DNA of 64,000 nucleotides from a virus (Duplodnaviria; Caudoviricetes): IMG/VR virus record IMGVR_UViG_3300011445_000020, positions 81 to 64,080 of that record; one strand, 5' to 3'. Shown piece by piece: positions 9,093 to 16,470 of this stretch (position 1 is its first letter; each line of letters starts with the position of its first letter). The notes under the pieces were generated by a model. It saw only the letters and a program-made list of their open reading frames with translations, ran no database searches and was not told where the DNA came from. The position numbers and the translations under genes were made by a program.

Positions 9093-9583
9093 TTTTCCAT
9101 CTCCTTCTTGAGGGTGGCTCGTAGCTTAGACCACCGCGCGATTGCGGTATCGATCGCCCTGAGCATTTGTGGTGTTTTTGGGCACGTCTTGAGGTCAGCG
9201 TAGTCTACTGCCATGAGCGTTATATTTGTCGCTTCGATGATCTTGTCTACGAGAGTCGTGACGTTCGCGACTCGTGTGCGCCACGCAGCAGGACTCTCTG
9301 CAAGTTGCTGATGGCTTGGAGCAGGCTTCTTCGCACGTGCTACGGGTTGTTTCCGTGCCTTGCCATCCTTGCCGACCCGTTTCTCAACTGGCGCTTTTGC
9401 GCCGGTTCGTGCTCTTCGCACAGAGTCTTTCCCTACTCCGATCTTCTCCGCGATGGCGCGGTTCGACATCTCAGGGTTAGCAGCTACTGCTGCCTTCGCA
9501 AGCTCTCCTGCTGGCACGTAGGCAACGCCACAACTACACGACGCATGCGCTGACGCTCCACAAGAGGAGCATTTAAGGTTCAT
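9089..9583 (-). CDS. Zinc finger + HTH DNA-binding protein
   Basis: CSSC...CSC, then NPEMSNRAIAEKIGVGKDSVRRAR and RVGKDGK. Confidence 0.7.
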   Translation of the reverse strand: MNLKCSSCGASAHASCSCGVAYVPAGELAKAAVAANPEMSNRAIAEKIGVGKDSVRRARTGAKAPVEKRVGKDGKARKQPVARAKKPAPSHQQLAESPAAWRTRVANVTTLVDKIIEATNITLMAVDYADLKTCPKTPQMLRAIDTAIARWSKLRATLKKEMEK

Positions 9584-10311
9584 CGTTTCTCCGTAGTGGG
9601 TTTGAACCAGAGGTCAGGGTAGAGGGTTTGCATCTGCTGTAGGATGTTCCTGTACTTGAGGACCAGGAGGGTCATCGTTTGGTACGCGTTGGTCTGGAAG
9701 GCGCGGAGGAGTTCATTCTGAACGCGCTCCACCGGGAGCCCAGAGAGGTTGACGTAGAAGTTGAGCGCCGCATCGAGGGCGGGTGCGGCAGTGAAACCCT
9801 CGGTGACCATGAAGCGGAGTGCACGGAGTCCACGAAGCGGGTCCTCTTCGAGGCGCTCGCCTGCGTCACCGACAGCACGCAGGATGCGGTCCACGGCGTC
9901 ACGCTTGCCGCCGTACGGATCGATCCACTCGCCTGCCTCAGAGATCGCGACAGCGTTGACGGTGAAGTCACGACGGCTGAGGTCCTCCCAGAGGTGGGTC
10001 GGGGTGACGGTGTCCGGGTGACGACCGTCCGAGTACATCGCTTCCTTCCGGCAGAGGGTGAAGTCAGCATCGACGACACCGCTGTAACCACGGAGGACAC
10101 CAGCGAACCAGTTCACGTGCGTGATCGGGAGTCGGCCACGGAGGGTGACGAACTTCTCACGCTCCTGCCAGATGGTGAGCCCGTAGTTGGTGACCAGTTC
10201 CTCCTTCATCGCTTCGTAGGATTCGGCTTCGACTGCGAAGTCGAGGTCCTTCGTGGGAGGAAGGCCGAGCATGTAACGGCGGACGGTTCCGCCAACGAGG
10301 TAGAGCTTCAT
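9580..10311 (-). CDS. Minimal class II tRNA nucleotidyltransferase (CCA-adding/poly(A) polymerase head)
   Basis: YLVGGTVR...KDLDF, EDLSRRDFTVNA, DPYGG, EEDPLR.LRALRF; only 243 aa. Confidence 0.88.
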   Translation of the reverse strand: MKLYLVGGTVRRYMLGLPPTKDLDFAVEAESYEAMKEELVTNYGLTIWQEREKFVTLRGRLPITHVNWFAGVLRGYSGVVDADFTLCRKEAMYSDGRHPDTVTPTHLWEDLSRRDFTVNAVAISEAGEWIDPYGGKRDAVDRILRAVGDAGERLEEDPLRGLRALRFMVTEGFTAAPALDAALNFYVNLSGLPVERVQNELLRAFQTNAYQTMTLLVLKYRNILQQMQTLYPDLWFKPTTEKR

Positions 10312-10514
10312 CGCGCGTTCTCCAGGATGGTGCGGAGTTCTTTCTCGGTATGGAACAGCTTGACGCGGGGGAACAGTTGGCGCTTACCGGTTTCGAACTC
10401 GACCACACCGTACAACTGACCCCGGCTGTGCTTGGGATCAGTCGTGCTGGTGATAGAGACGCGAGCGCCACCAGGAATCTTGTGGATCAGGGTGACGAGA
10501 TCAGAGAGGAGCAT
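10308..10514 (-). CDS. Hypothetical protein
   Basis: GAGG RBS, ATGA coupling to the CCA gene. Confidence 0.5.
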   Translation of the reverse strand: MLLSDLVTLIHKIPGGARVSITSTTDPKHSRGQLYGVVEFETGKRQLFPRVKLFHTEKELRTILENAR

Positions 10515-10710
10515 CGTTGTCCTCATCGTCTTGGTCTTCGAGTTCAAGCTCGTACTCGTACTCGTCCTCATCCTCGTTGTCACGGTCGTTGTAGCCGGCG
10601 TCGTACGCGCGCTTGGTCTCGTGCTCCACCACGGTGGCGAAGGCGCTCCGCGTGATGGTGCCATTGTCGTACTGGTCGAATGCCTTCATGATCTCTTCGC
10701 GGACAGTCAT
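10501..10710 (-). CDS. Small protein with very acidic C-terminus
   Basis: ...NDRDNEDEDEYEYELELEDQDDEDNDAPL. Confidence 0.55.
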   Translation of the reverse strand: MTVREEIMKAFDQYDNGTITRSAFATVVEHETKRAYDAGYNDRDNEDEDEYEYELELEDQDDEDNDAPL

Positions 10711-11258
10711 CACTTCTTCTTTCCTCTCATGGCGCGTGCCTTCACCAGACGCTGCACTGCTGCGGCACGCTGCTCTTCGGTCATAGGTTTGCGGGTGCGC
10801 TTCGGCTTCGGTTGTGTCGCTGCTGCCTTCTTCTGCTGCTGGATCACGTGTGCGTTCGGGCAGTTCTTCGCGCGGTGTGGTTTCGGCTCGTTGGTGTGGC
10901 AGAGTGAGCACTTCCGCTTGCTCTCACCGTACATCAGCGGTGTCATCGTCCGGTTAAGACTCGGTGTCCGTGCTGCTGGTGTCGTGTACTTGTCCATGCT
11001 TGTTGCGGGGACTGGCTTGAATTCCTCGTCGTCGATGCGTAGCTCCTGGACCTTCTTCTTTCCTGTCTCGTTCTCGATCTCGGAGAGAGTCTCCTTCCAG
11101 AACTCTTGGCTAGCGTTCGCGAGCTTCCCACCGAGGGCGTTCATCTCGCGTACGATCTCGACCTGTTTGATTGTGAGTTCACGGGCGGCGTTCGCTACCT
11201 CCATCGCCTGCTTGTGGAGGTTGTTAAACTCGCGTCGCAGGTCACGGTACTTGCCCAT
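10710..11258 (-). CDS. Hypothetical protein with zinc knuckle and basic tail
   Basis: CSLC...H.AKNC; MTEEQRAAAVQRL. Confidence 0.65.
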   Translation of the reverse strand: MGKYRDLRREFNNLHKQAMEVANAARELTIKQVEIVREMNALGGKLANASQEFWKETLSEIENETGKKKVQELRIDDEEFKPVPATSMDKYTTPAARTPSLNRTMTPLMYGESKRKCSLCHTNEPKPHRAKNCPNAHVIQQQKKAAATQPKPKRTRKPMTEEQRAAAVQRLVKARAMRGKKK

Positions 11259-11680
11259 CAGAACTTCCTCCCGAGGATGGAGTCGATTACCTCGTCGTTC
11301 TGCTTCCGGAGCGTGAGCATTTCAGCGCGCTGCCGTTCACGGCGTTCGTTGAAGTGCTTCGTGTGGAATGCTCCGGTCTTGCCATTCTTGATGCGCTTCT
11401 TCCTGCGCCACGTCTTCGGGCGTTCGAATCCGTCGGGGATGCGGCCGATGGGCTCACCCTCGACGAACGGGCGGATAGTACCACACTCGCGATCGAGTTG
11501 CAACTCTCGCAGGATGTCGGAGACTGTTGCGTTGATCAGTGCGCCCTCTTTGAACATCTCCTGGTGGAGCTTGGCGTGGGAGGTACGATCGTCGTCCGAG
11601 GAGGTGCGCTCCTTCGGCATCGCGATGTGCTGACCTCTCTCGTCGGTGTAGTAACGGGACTCTGTTGGCAGGTGTCTCAC
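11258..11680 (-). CDS. Hypothetical basic protein
   Basis: GGAGG RBS, GTGA coupling. Confidence 0.5.
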   Translation of the reverse strand: MRHLPTESRYYTDERGQHIAMPKERTSSDDDRTSHAKLHQEMFKEGALINATVSDILRELQLDRECGTIRPFVEGEPIGRIPDGFERPKTWRRKKRIKNGKTGAFHTKHFNERRERQRAEMLTLRKQNDEVIDSILGRKF

Positions 11681-11979
11681 GCGTTCCTCCGTGGGTCTTC
11701 GCCGACCTGCCCGATGTGTAGGAGTTCGATGTTGTCGGTGTTGAGAATCTTCACGATTGAACGCTCGGGGACCTCGATTTCGGGGAACTTGCGCTCGCGC
11801 GCTGCCACCTCGATCAGTTCCATCGCGTCCTTCGGGCTGAGCGCGACCTCGACGACTAGCTTCGTGTCGCCCATGTCGTTGACATCGTGCCCGAAGACAC
11901 GCACGTAATCGTGCTTGCGACCGTTGAGGTTCTGTACTGCAACGACCTGGAGCGTGGTGAACTGCGGGGGCGTGTTCAT
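11677..11979 (-). CDS. Hypothetical protein
   Basis: Protein-like composition, coupled to neighbours. Confidence 0.6.
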   Translation of the reverse strand: MNTPPQFTTLQVVAVQNLNGRKHDYVRVFGHDVNDMGDTKLVVEVALSPKDAMELIEVAARERKFPEIEVPERSIVKILNTDNIELLHIGQVGEDPRRNA

Positions 11980-12149
11980 AGGTAGTCCAGCCCGTCATCG
12001 TCGAGGTAGGGGTCACAGTACTGACATTCAATGTCAGACCAGTGGTTTACTTCACCACAGTTGCCACACTCCCACATTTCCGAGTCTTCATCCTCGGAAT
12101 CGTACCAATCGTCATCCATCTCGTTAGGGTCAACGTTGCTTGGGATCAC
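11976..12149 (-). CDS. Acidic mini-protein with RanBP2-type zinc finger (57 aa)
   Basis: Read by hand: WECGNCGEVNHWSDIECQYC fits W-x-C-x2-C-x3-N-x6-C-x2-C; GTGA and ATGA overlaps. Confidence 0.65.
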   Translation of the reverse strand: MIPSNVDPNEMDDDWYDSEDEDSEMWECGNCGEVNHWSDIECQYCDPYLDDDGLDYL

Positions 12150-12490
12150 ACGGTCTCCCGCTTCGCACGGCGACGTGCAGCACCCTGCCCCTTGCGGCTG
12201 ACGCCGTCCCGTTTAGGGTAAGTCTTCTGGATGTGCTGCTCTACCCGAGGGTCCTTCCCCTGATTGCCGATTGCCCAGAAGACAAAACGCTGCATCGCAC
12301 GCGAACGAGGTTTGATTGCGAAGTACTCTTCGCGGCCTACCTTGCTAGCGTAGGTGTAGAACCAGAACGCGCGCCCCGGCTTGCCGACTGCAAAGACTTC
12401 GGCCGAACGAGGGACAGCGATAGTCTGCCTATCCATCGGACCACCGAGGAGCTTCACGTTCTTCGTCTGTACTGCCGTGGTGTCAGCCAC
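12146..12490 (-). CDS. Hypothetical protein
   Basis: LLGGPMD motif common in small phage proteins; GGAG RBS. Confidence 0.55.
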   Translation of the reverse strand: MADTTAVQTKNVKLLGGPMDRQTIAVPRSAEVFAVGKPGRAFWFYTYASKVGREEYFAIKPRSRAMQRFVFWAIGNQGKDPRVEQHIQKTYPKRDGVSRKGQGAARRRAKRETV

Positions 12491-12833
12491 TGAGCGGCTC
12501 CTTGAACTTGGTGTGAATGCCACGCGCGAGCTTGAGTCTCCCGACGCTCGGGGTCTTCACGACGGTGATCTCGCCGTCCACAGTTACGATGGTACGTGAC
12601 GCGTGCAGATGTGCCTCCTCACGGAAGCCTTGGTTCACGAAGGCGCTAAAGCCTTTCGAGAGGCCCTTAGTCTCGACTGCGCGCTTCTGCCGAGCGGTAA
12701 GCCACCGCTTCTGCTGCTTCGCACGACGATCTTTGTTCATCGCGGTGCGCATCGACTGGCGTGTCTTCTGATCCGCAGTCTTCTGCTTCTTACCAGTCTT
12801 CTGTGCGCCATCTGCGGACTTACTCTTGCCCAT
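12483..12833 (-). CDS. Basic hypothetical protein
   Basis: AGGAG RBS, Lys/Arg rich. Confidence 0.6.
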   Translation of the reverse strand: MGKSKSADGAQKTGKKQKTADQKTRQSMRTAMNKDRRAKQQKRWLTARQKRAVETKGLSKGFSAFVNQGFREEAHLHASRTIVTVDGEITVVKTPSVGRLKLARGIHTKFKEPLSG

Positions 12834-13179
12834 GTTGCTGCTCCTGGGTTAGGGTAGGGGTTCCAGCGCGCTCACACGCGCTTTCAGGTTGTCGATCTGC
12901 ATTTGAAGGTCTGCGATGTAGCGGCTCGTGTCGTCGTAGCTCCAGAGTTCAAGCGCGAAGTGGAGTAGCGTACAGAGCGCGATACATGCAAGCGTGTGCT
13001 TCCAATGGCCTTTCATGTGCACCTCCCGCAGTATCCGCAAGCCTGCGAGCACGTACGTTCGCTCGGGTTGTAGTACTGCGGCGTTTGAGAACGGCGTGGT
13101 GATGGCTCAGGTTTCGCGAGCCGCTCCTGCGCACGCTCGATAGCTGCGTCGCGGAAGTCACGATTGATCTCTTCGTTGT

Positions 13180-13383
13180 TCAGATGTCCTCCAGACGATC
13201 GTGCGCGTGCGTGAGGTTGAGAAGCGTGAGATTGAGGAAGGTAGACAACAGGGGGTTACCGATGCCATCGTCGCCTACATCACGCAACGCGTGGCGAATC
13301 TCGTTGCGGGCGGTCTCGATGCGCGTACGGAGGCGATCGATCGCTCCAGCACGTGCGATTGCGTCAGCGGTGTTGCGTGCCAT
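13180..13383 (-). CDS. Early mini-protein downstream of hammerhead C
   Basis: GGAGG RBS then MARNTADAIAR... Confidence 0.6.
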   Translation of the reverse strand: MARNTADAIARAGAIDRLRTRIETARNEIRHALRDVGDDGIGNPLLSTFLNLTLLNLTHAHDRLEDI

Positions 13384-13402
13384 TGGCTTCCTCCATGTGT
13401 TG

Positions 13403-13500
13403 GGACTCATCAGCACCAGCGTATACTGGTGGACACGTAGAGTGACCGGAGCGTCCGAAAGGGACCGAGAACCATCCTCCGGGCTCTGCGTGTTTCGTCC
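13403..13500 (-). ncRNA. Hammerhead ribozyme C (type II); predicted cut between 13432 and 13431
   Basis: GGAC-GAAA-CACGCAGAG...CUCUACGU-GUC^-CACCAG-UAUACG-CUGGUG-CUGAUGA-GUCC; full core and three stems. Confidence 0.92.
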
Positions 13501-13648
13501 TTACTTCACCAGAGCCATCGCAGCCACGTAGGCCCGCGACTTCTCCTTCGCACGGCCCCCAACGAGGGCACTCTCATCTGCGTTCCGGCCTTCCCGCCAG
13601 TCGGCAACCTCGGTGACAGCGTTGTACGCTGCCCACACGGTGCGCCAT
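13501..13648 (-). pseudogene. Internally deleted DUF932-family gene
   Basis: GGAGG RBS + ATG GCG CAC joined out of frame to TVWAAYNAVTEVADWREG...AKEKSRAYVAAMALVK*; 148 nt. Confidence 0.6.
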
Positions 13649-13661
13649 TAGTGTGCCTCCT

Positions 13662-13835
13662 CTACGAGACGGGTTCGATGATGATGGTTCCGTTTCCGGG
13701 GACGATGCGCATCGGTCTGTCGCTCAGGGTCGTTGTGAACGAGACAACACCACGCTCGGTCACGTTAGGAAACTCCTTCGCCTTCCACGTGCGCGCATGG
13801 CGTTCGTGGCTCAGGATCAAGGTGATCTCGTACAT
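13662..13835 (-). CDS. Early mini-protein (57 aa) downstream of hammerhead B
   Basis: GAGGAG RBS then MYEITLILSHERHARTW... Confidence 0.6.
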   Translation of the reverse strand: MYEITLILSHERHARTWKAKEFPNVTERGVVSFTTTLSDRPMRIVPGNGTIIIEPVS

Positions 13836-13853
13836 TGGTAGACTCCTCTGTGT

Positions 13854-13984
13854 GGACTCATCAGTGTGCGCAGTTACGCACAGACGCGCGTGGTTCTTAG
13901 CAGAGCACTTTCTCTGGCTCTGCATCTTGCAGCCGCTTCAGCCCTAGCCGGGCATCCACGGGCACTACCACGCGCGTTTCGTCC
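13854..13984 (-). ncRNA. Hammerhead ribozyme B (type II); predicted cut between 13883 and 13882
   Basis: GGAC-GAAA-CGCGCGUGGU...ACCACGCGC-GUC^-UGUGCG-UAACUG-CGCACA-CUGAUGA-GUCC. Confidence 0.92.
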
Positions 13985-14109
13985 TAGTTCTGCTCTGCGC
14001 AGTCGCAGTGATCGAGGTGACAGGCGCAGTGCTCGCACCATGCCCACTCTTCAGCGGGGATATTGCGGATGTCGAAATCGAGCGGGACAACAACCTCAGT
14101 CTTCGGCAT
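13984..14109 (-). CDS. 41-aa Cys/His-rich mini-protein downstream of hammerhead A
   Basis: GAGGAG RBS; MPKTEVVVPLDFDIRNIPAEEWAWCEHCACHLDHCDCAEQN*; stop overlaps hammerhead B stem II. Confidence 0.65.
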   Translation of the reverse strand: MPKTEVVVPLDFDIRNIPAEEWAWCEHCACHLDHCDCAEQN

Positions 14110-14122
14110 GATGTGGCTCCTC

Positions 14123-14236
14123 GCGGTTTCGCCCTCGCGGGCTCGTCAGTGGTGCGATTCTCTCGATACACTTCCGTGCGTTCTAACCGGACGCTATCCG
14201 GCTTCGCTCACACGAGAGAATCTAGCACCAGACCGC
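14123..14236 (-). ncRNA. Hammerhead ribozyme A (type III); predicted cut between 14231 and 14230
   Basis: GCG-GUC^-UGGUGC-UA-GAUUCUCUCG...CGAGAGAAUC-GCACCA-CUGACGA-GCCC-GCGA-GGGC-GAAA-CCGC. Confidence 0.92.
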
Positions 14237-14600
14237 TACACCCGTCAAGGTCGTTCCACTGGGTCATCGCGTTTTCAGCCGACTGCGCTGCTAACCGCTC
14301 GCACCGTGATAGCGTGCGTCTCTTGGTCGCGGTAGGTCGCTCTAGTGTGCGTCACCTTGGAGTGTCTGATTGGCCTGCTTCGCGACGCCTTGCGGGCGTT
14401 GTTCGCTGGCAGGTTTCGTTGGAGCGTGCTCGCATCAGCTATGGTCGGGTCGTGAATGGCACTCGACGTGCGCGGGCCTCTAGAGGGCCGTGTGACCTGC
14501 TTCGCGCTTCGCTCGCTCCTGTCACGGGGTTCGCTTGCTGCTTCCGTCCCACGGCGGCCCTGTCGGGCGCTTCGGGCTCTGACGCTTACCTCGTGTGAGG
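14237..14600 (-). ncRNA. Candidate ~370-nt structured leader RNA
   Basis: No credible ORF; many hairpins (CCUC/GAGG, CCGU/ACGG, GUGAC/GUCAC, GGCC/GGCC, CCUGC/GCAGG, CGCAC/GUGCG). Confidence 0.45.
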
Positions 14601-14610
14601 ATTCACTATC

Positions 14611-14625
14611 GCACTCTCTGTGCCA
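14611..14625 (-). promoter_or_regulatory. Sigma54-like -24/-12 promoter for the leftward transcript
   Basis: TGGCAC-AGAGA-GTGC gives GG-N10-GC; predicted start near 14600. Confidence 0.4.
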
Positions 14626-14809
14626 GCCTGTAACTTGTGCTGCCACAATACCGCAGCCACCGAAGGAACCTCGATCCTGGGCGAAATGCCATTGCGTCAG
14701 GGGCATCTAGCAACGTCTTCATGCCAGCCGTTTCTCGCCCGCCGCGCCTCCTCATGTGCCCGTTCCAAAGTGGAACAGCCGCGCTTGACAAGGGCATGAC
14801 ATGTCTGGC

Positions 14810-14839
14810 TTGACAGTGGCACGCTTCTTGGGGTATGAT
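14810..14839 (+). promoter_or_regulatory. Sigma70-type promoter for the rightward arm
   Basis: TTGACA-N18-TATGAT. Confidence 0.65.
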
Positions 14840-15045
14840 ACTGCTGAGGGGGAATCCGCCCGGTGGTGCAAGATGGAACAGCGCGCGGGGCGAGAGGGGA
14901 GCGTGCCCTCGGTGGGCTGCGTGCGTGCGCTATGAGGGCGGGCGCGTGTGGGCGTGAGGCTGGCCCCCCACCCCAGTGACCCTAAAAAATCCCACGCGTA
15001 GGGGGCGAAGCCCCCGGCGCATAGAAAGGAAAAGGGGTATGTCAG

Positions 15046-15363
15046 ATGCGACCGAAGTCCGATCCTCTTGCGGGCCATAGACTTATACAGAGACGGTACC
15101 GCAATACCCCCAAGTCGAAACGCGCCCGTAGAGTCTTTCAATGGCGCTCTTCGGGGCTCACGGCAGAGCTTTTCGATCAGATGGTTATCGCTCAGGGCGG
15201 TCTCTGCTCAATCTGCTTACAGCAGCTACGTCAGTTGCATGTAGACCACGACCATCAGACTGGTGCGATCCGAGGTCTCCTCTGTCCAGGATGCAACATG
15301 GGACTTGGGAACTTTCGGGATGATCCGAAGAGTTTGATCCGCGCCGCCCTCTACCTCCTGTAG
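15046..15363 (+). CDS. Endonuclease VII-family homing endonuclease
   Basis: QGGLCSIC...LHVDHDHQTGAIRGLLCPGCNMGLG. Confidence 0.85.
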   Translation: MRPKSDPLAGHRLIQRRYRNTPKSKRARRVFQWRSSGLTAELFDQMVIAQGGLCSICLQQLRQLHVDHDHQTGAIRGLLCPGCNMGLGNFRDDPKSLIRAALYLL

Positions 15364-15374
15364 GAGCATCGTCT

Positions 15375-16121
15375 ATGTCAGAGCGATTCAGCGTCCCGCC
15401 TCGGCCGCCCGGTATGTCGATCTCTGCCGCGAAAATCCTTCAGGCCCGGACCTATATCCTCGCCCACCCGACCGAATCGAAGTCGGAGCAGGTCATCGGT
15501 TCCGGCCTCTCGGAGTCTACGATCGCCCGAGCGCGTCGCGATCTGATCGAAGAGGGACGACTACCTGCACCGCGCAACGCGCCGGTGAAGGAAGCGCCGA
15601 AGCCGAAAGCTGTCGCGGATCAGCCTGCTGCCCCTGCGAAGAGCCCGGCTCCGGCCACGAAAGGAATGCTCGACCACAAGGCACTACTCGACCTCGCGCA
15701 GATGATCGATGCCCTCGTGGACCTCGGTGACGAAGATGAGATCAATCGCCGGCTCTCAAAGCAGGCGCTGACCTTCGCACTCCGGACGGACCTACATCCC
15801 GACACGCGGATGACGGCCTCGATGCAGTATCACAAGCTGAAGGATCAAGCGAAGGCGAAGGACCTCGGGCCGGGTAAGCCGAAGACCTACGCTCTCGCAC
15901 TCGGCCGTCTCAAGGACATGCACCAAGCGTGCGGCGTGAAGATGGTCCTCACCTCCCTCAGGGAATCATTCGGAACCGACGCACTACTCGCAGCACTCAA
16001 AGACGTCTTCGGCATGGAGGACACTGCCGATGCCCCATCACCAGAAGCGGCTGCTCTGGTCGCGAGCCCGTCTCCATCAGCACCTCTACAAGCTCCTGGA
16101 GCGTCCGACCACAACGCTTGA
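15375..16121 (+). CDS. HTH protein, candidate terminase small subunit
   Basis: N-terminal HTH-like segment; position near the start of the packaging arm. Confidence 0.4.
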   Translation: MSERFSVPPRPPGMSISAAKILQARTYILAHPTESKSEQVIGSGLSESTIARARRDLIEEGRLPAPRNAPVKEAPKPKAVADQPAAPAKSPAPATKGMLDHKALLDLAQMIDALVDLGDEDEINRRLSKQALTFALRTDLHPDTRMTASMQYHKLKDQAKAKDLGPGKPKTYALALGRLKDMHQACGVKMVLTSLRESFGTDALLAALKDVFGMEDTADAPSPEAAALVASPSPSAPLQAPGASDHNA

Positions 16122-16470
16122 GTTCAAAGCTTTCCGTAACGGGTACGCTGGTGAAGTCGTCTTCGCCTACGAGTACCCACCGCACAAGATCACCATCATG
16201 GTGGACGGGAACACCTCGGACACACTCCGCCACGTCCTCCACGAACTCTTGCACGTCGTCTTCTCCGAACTCGTCCTCGGCAAGCTCGACGACACGCTCG
16301 AAGAAGTCTTGATCGTCGCTTTCGATCACTACCTTCATGACTACGTGCAAGCATCGAAGCCCCGTCGGCTCAAGTGGGAAGCTCTCATCGCCCAAAAGCT
16401 GAAGGAATCCGAATCTCTCCTCGATGACGTACCACTGGAAGAGCAGGTGGTCAGAAAGGATCGCGGATGA
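16030..16470 (+). CDS. HExxH metallopeptidase-like protein
   Basis: HVLHELLHVV...EE. Confidence 0.55.
   Translation: MPHHQKRLLWSRARLHQHLYKLLERPTTTLEFKAFRNGYAGEVVFAYEYPPHKITIMVDGNTSDTLRHVLHELLHVVFSELVLGKLDDTLEEVLIVAFDHYLHDYVQASKPRRLKWEALIAQKLKESESLLDDVPLEEQVVRKDRG

Noticed and set aside
14409-14500. Possible fourth hammerhead (GCAGGUC ... CUGAUGC-GAGC-AC-GCUC-CAAC-GAAACCUGC)
   Set aside because: Core reads CUGAUGC rather than CUGANGA and no stem I forms; at most a degenerate relic within the leader RNA
14817-14831. Sigma54-like TGGCACGCTTCTTGG on the + strand
   Set aside because: The -12 element is GG rather than GC, and it lies inside a better sigma70 promoter
13100-15040. CRISPR array or DGR repeats in the non-coding region
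   Set aside because: No regularly spaced repeats and no reverse transcriptase; the recurring GGACTCATCAG and GTTTCGTCC words are hammerhead cores
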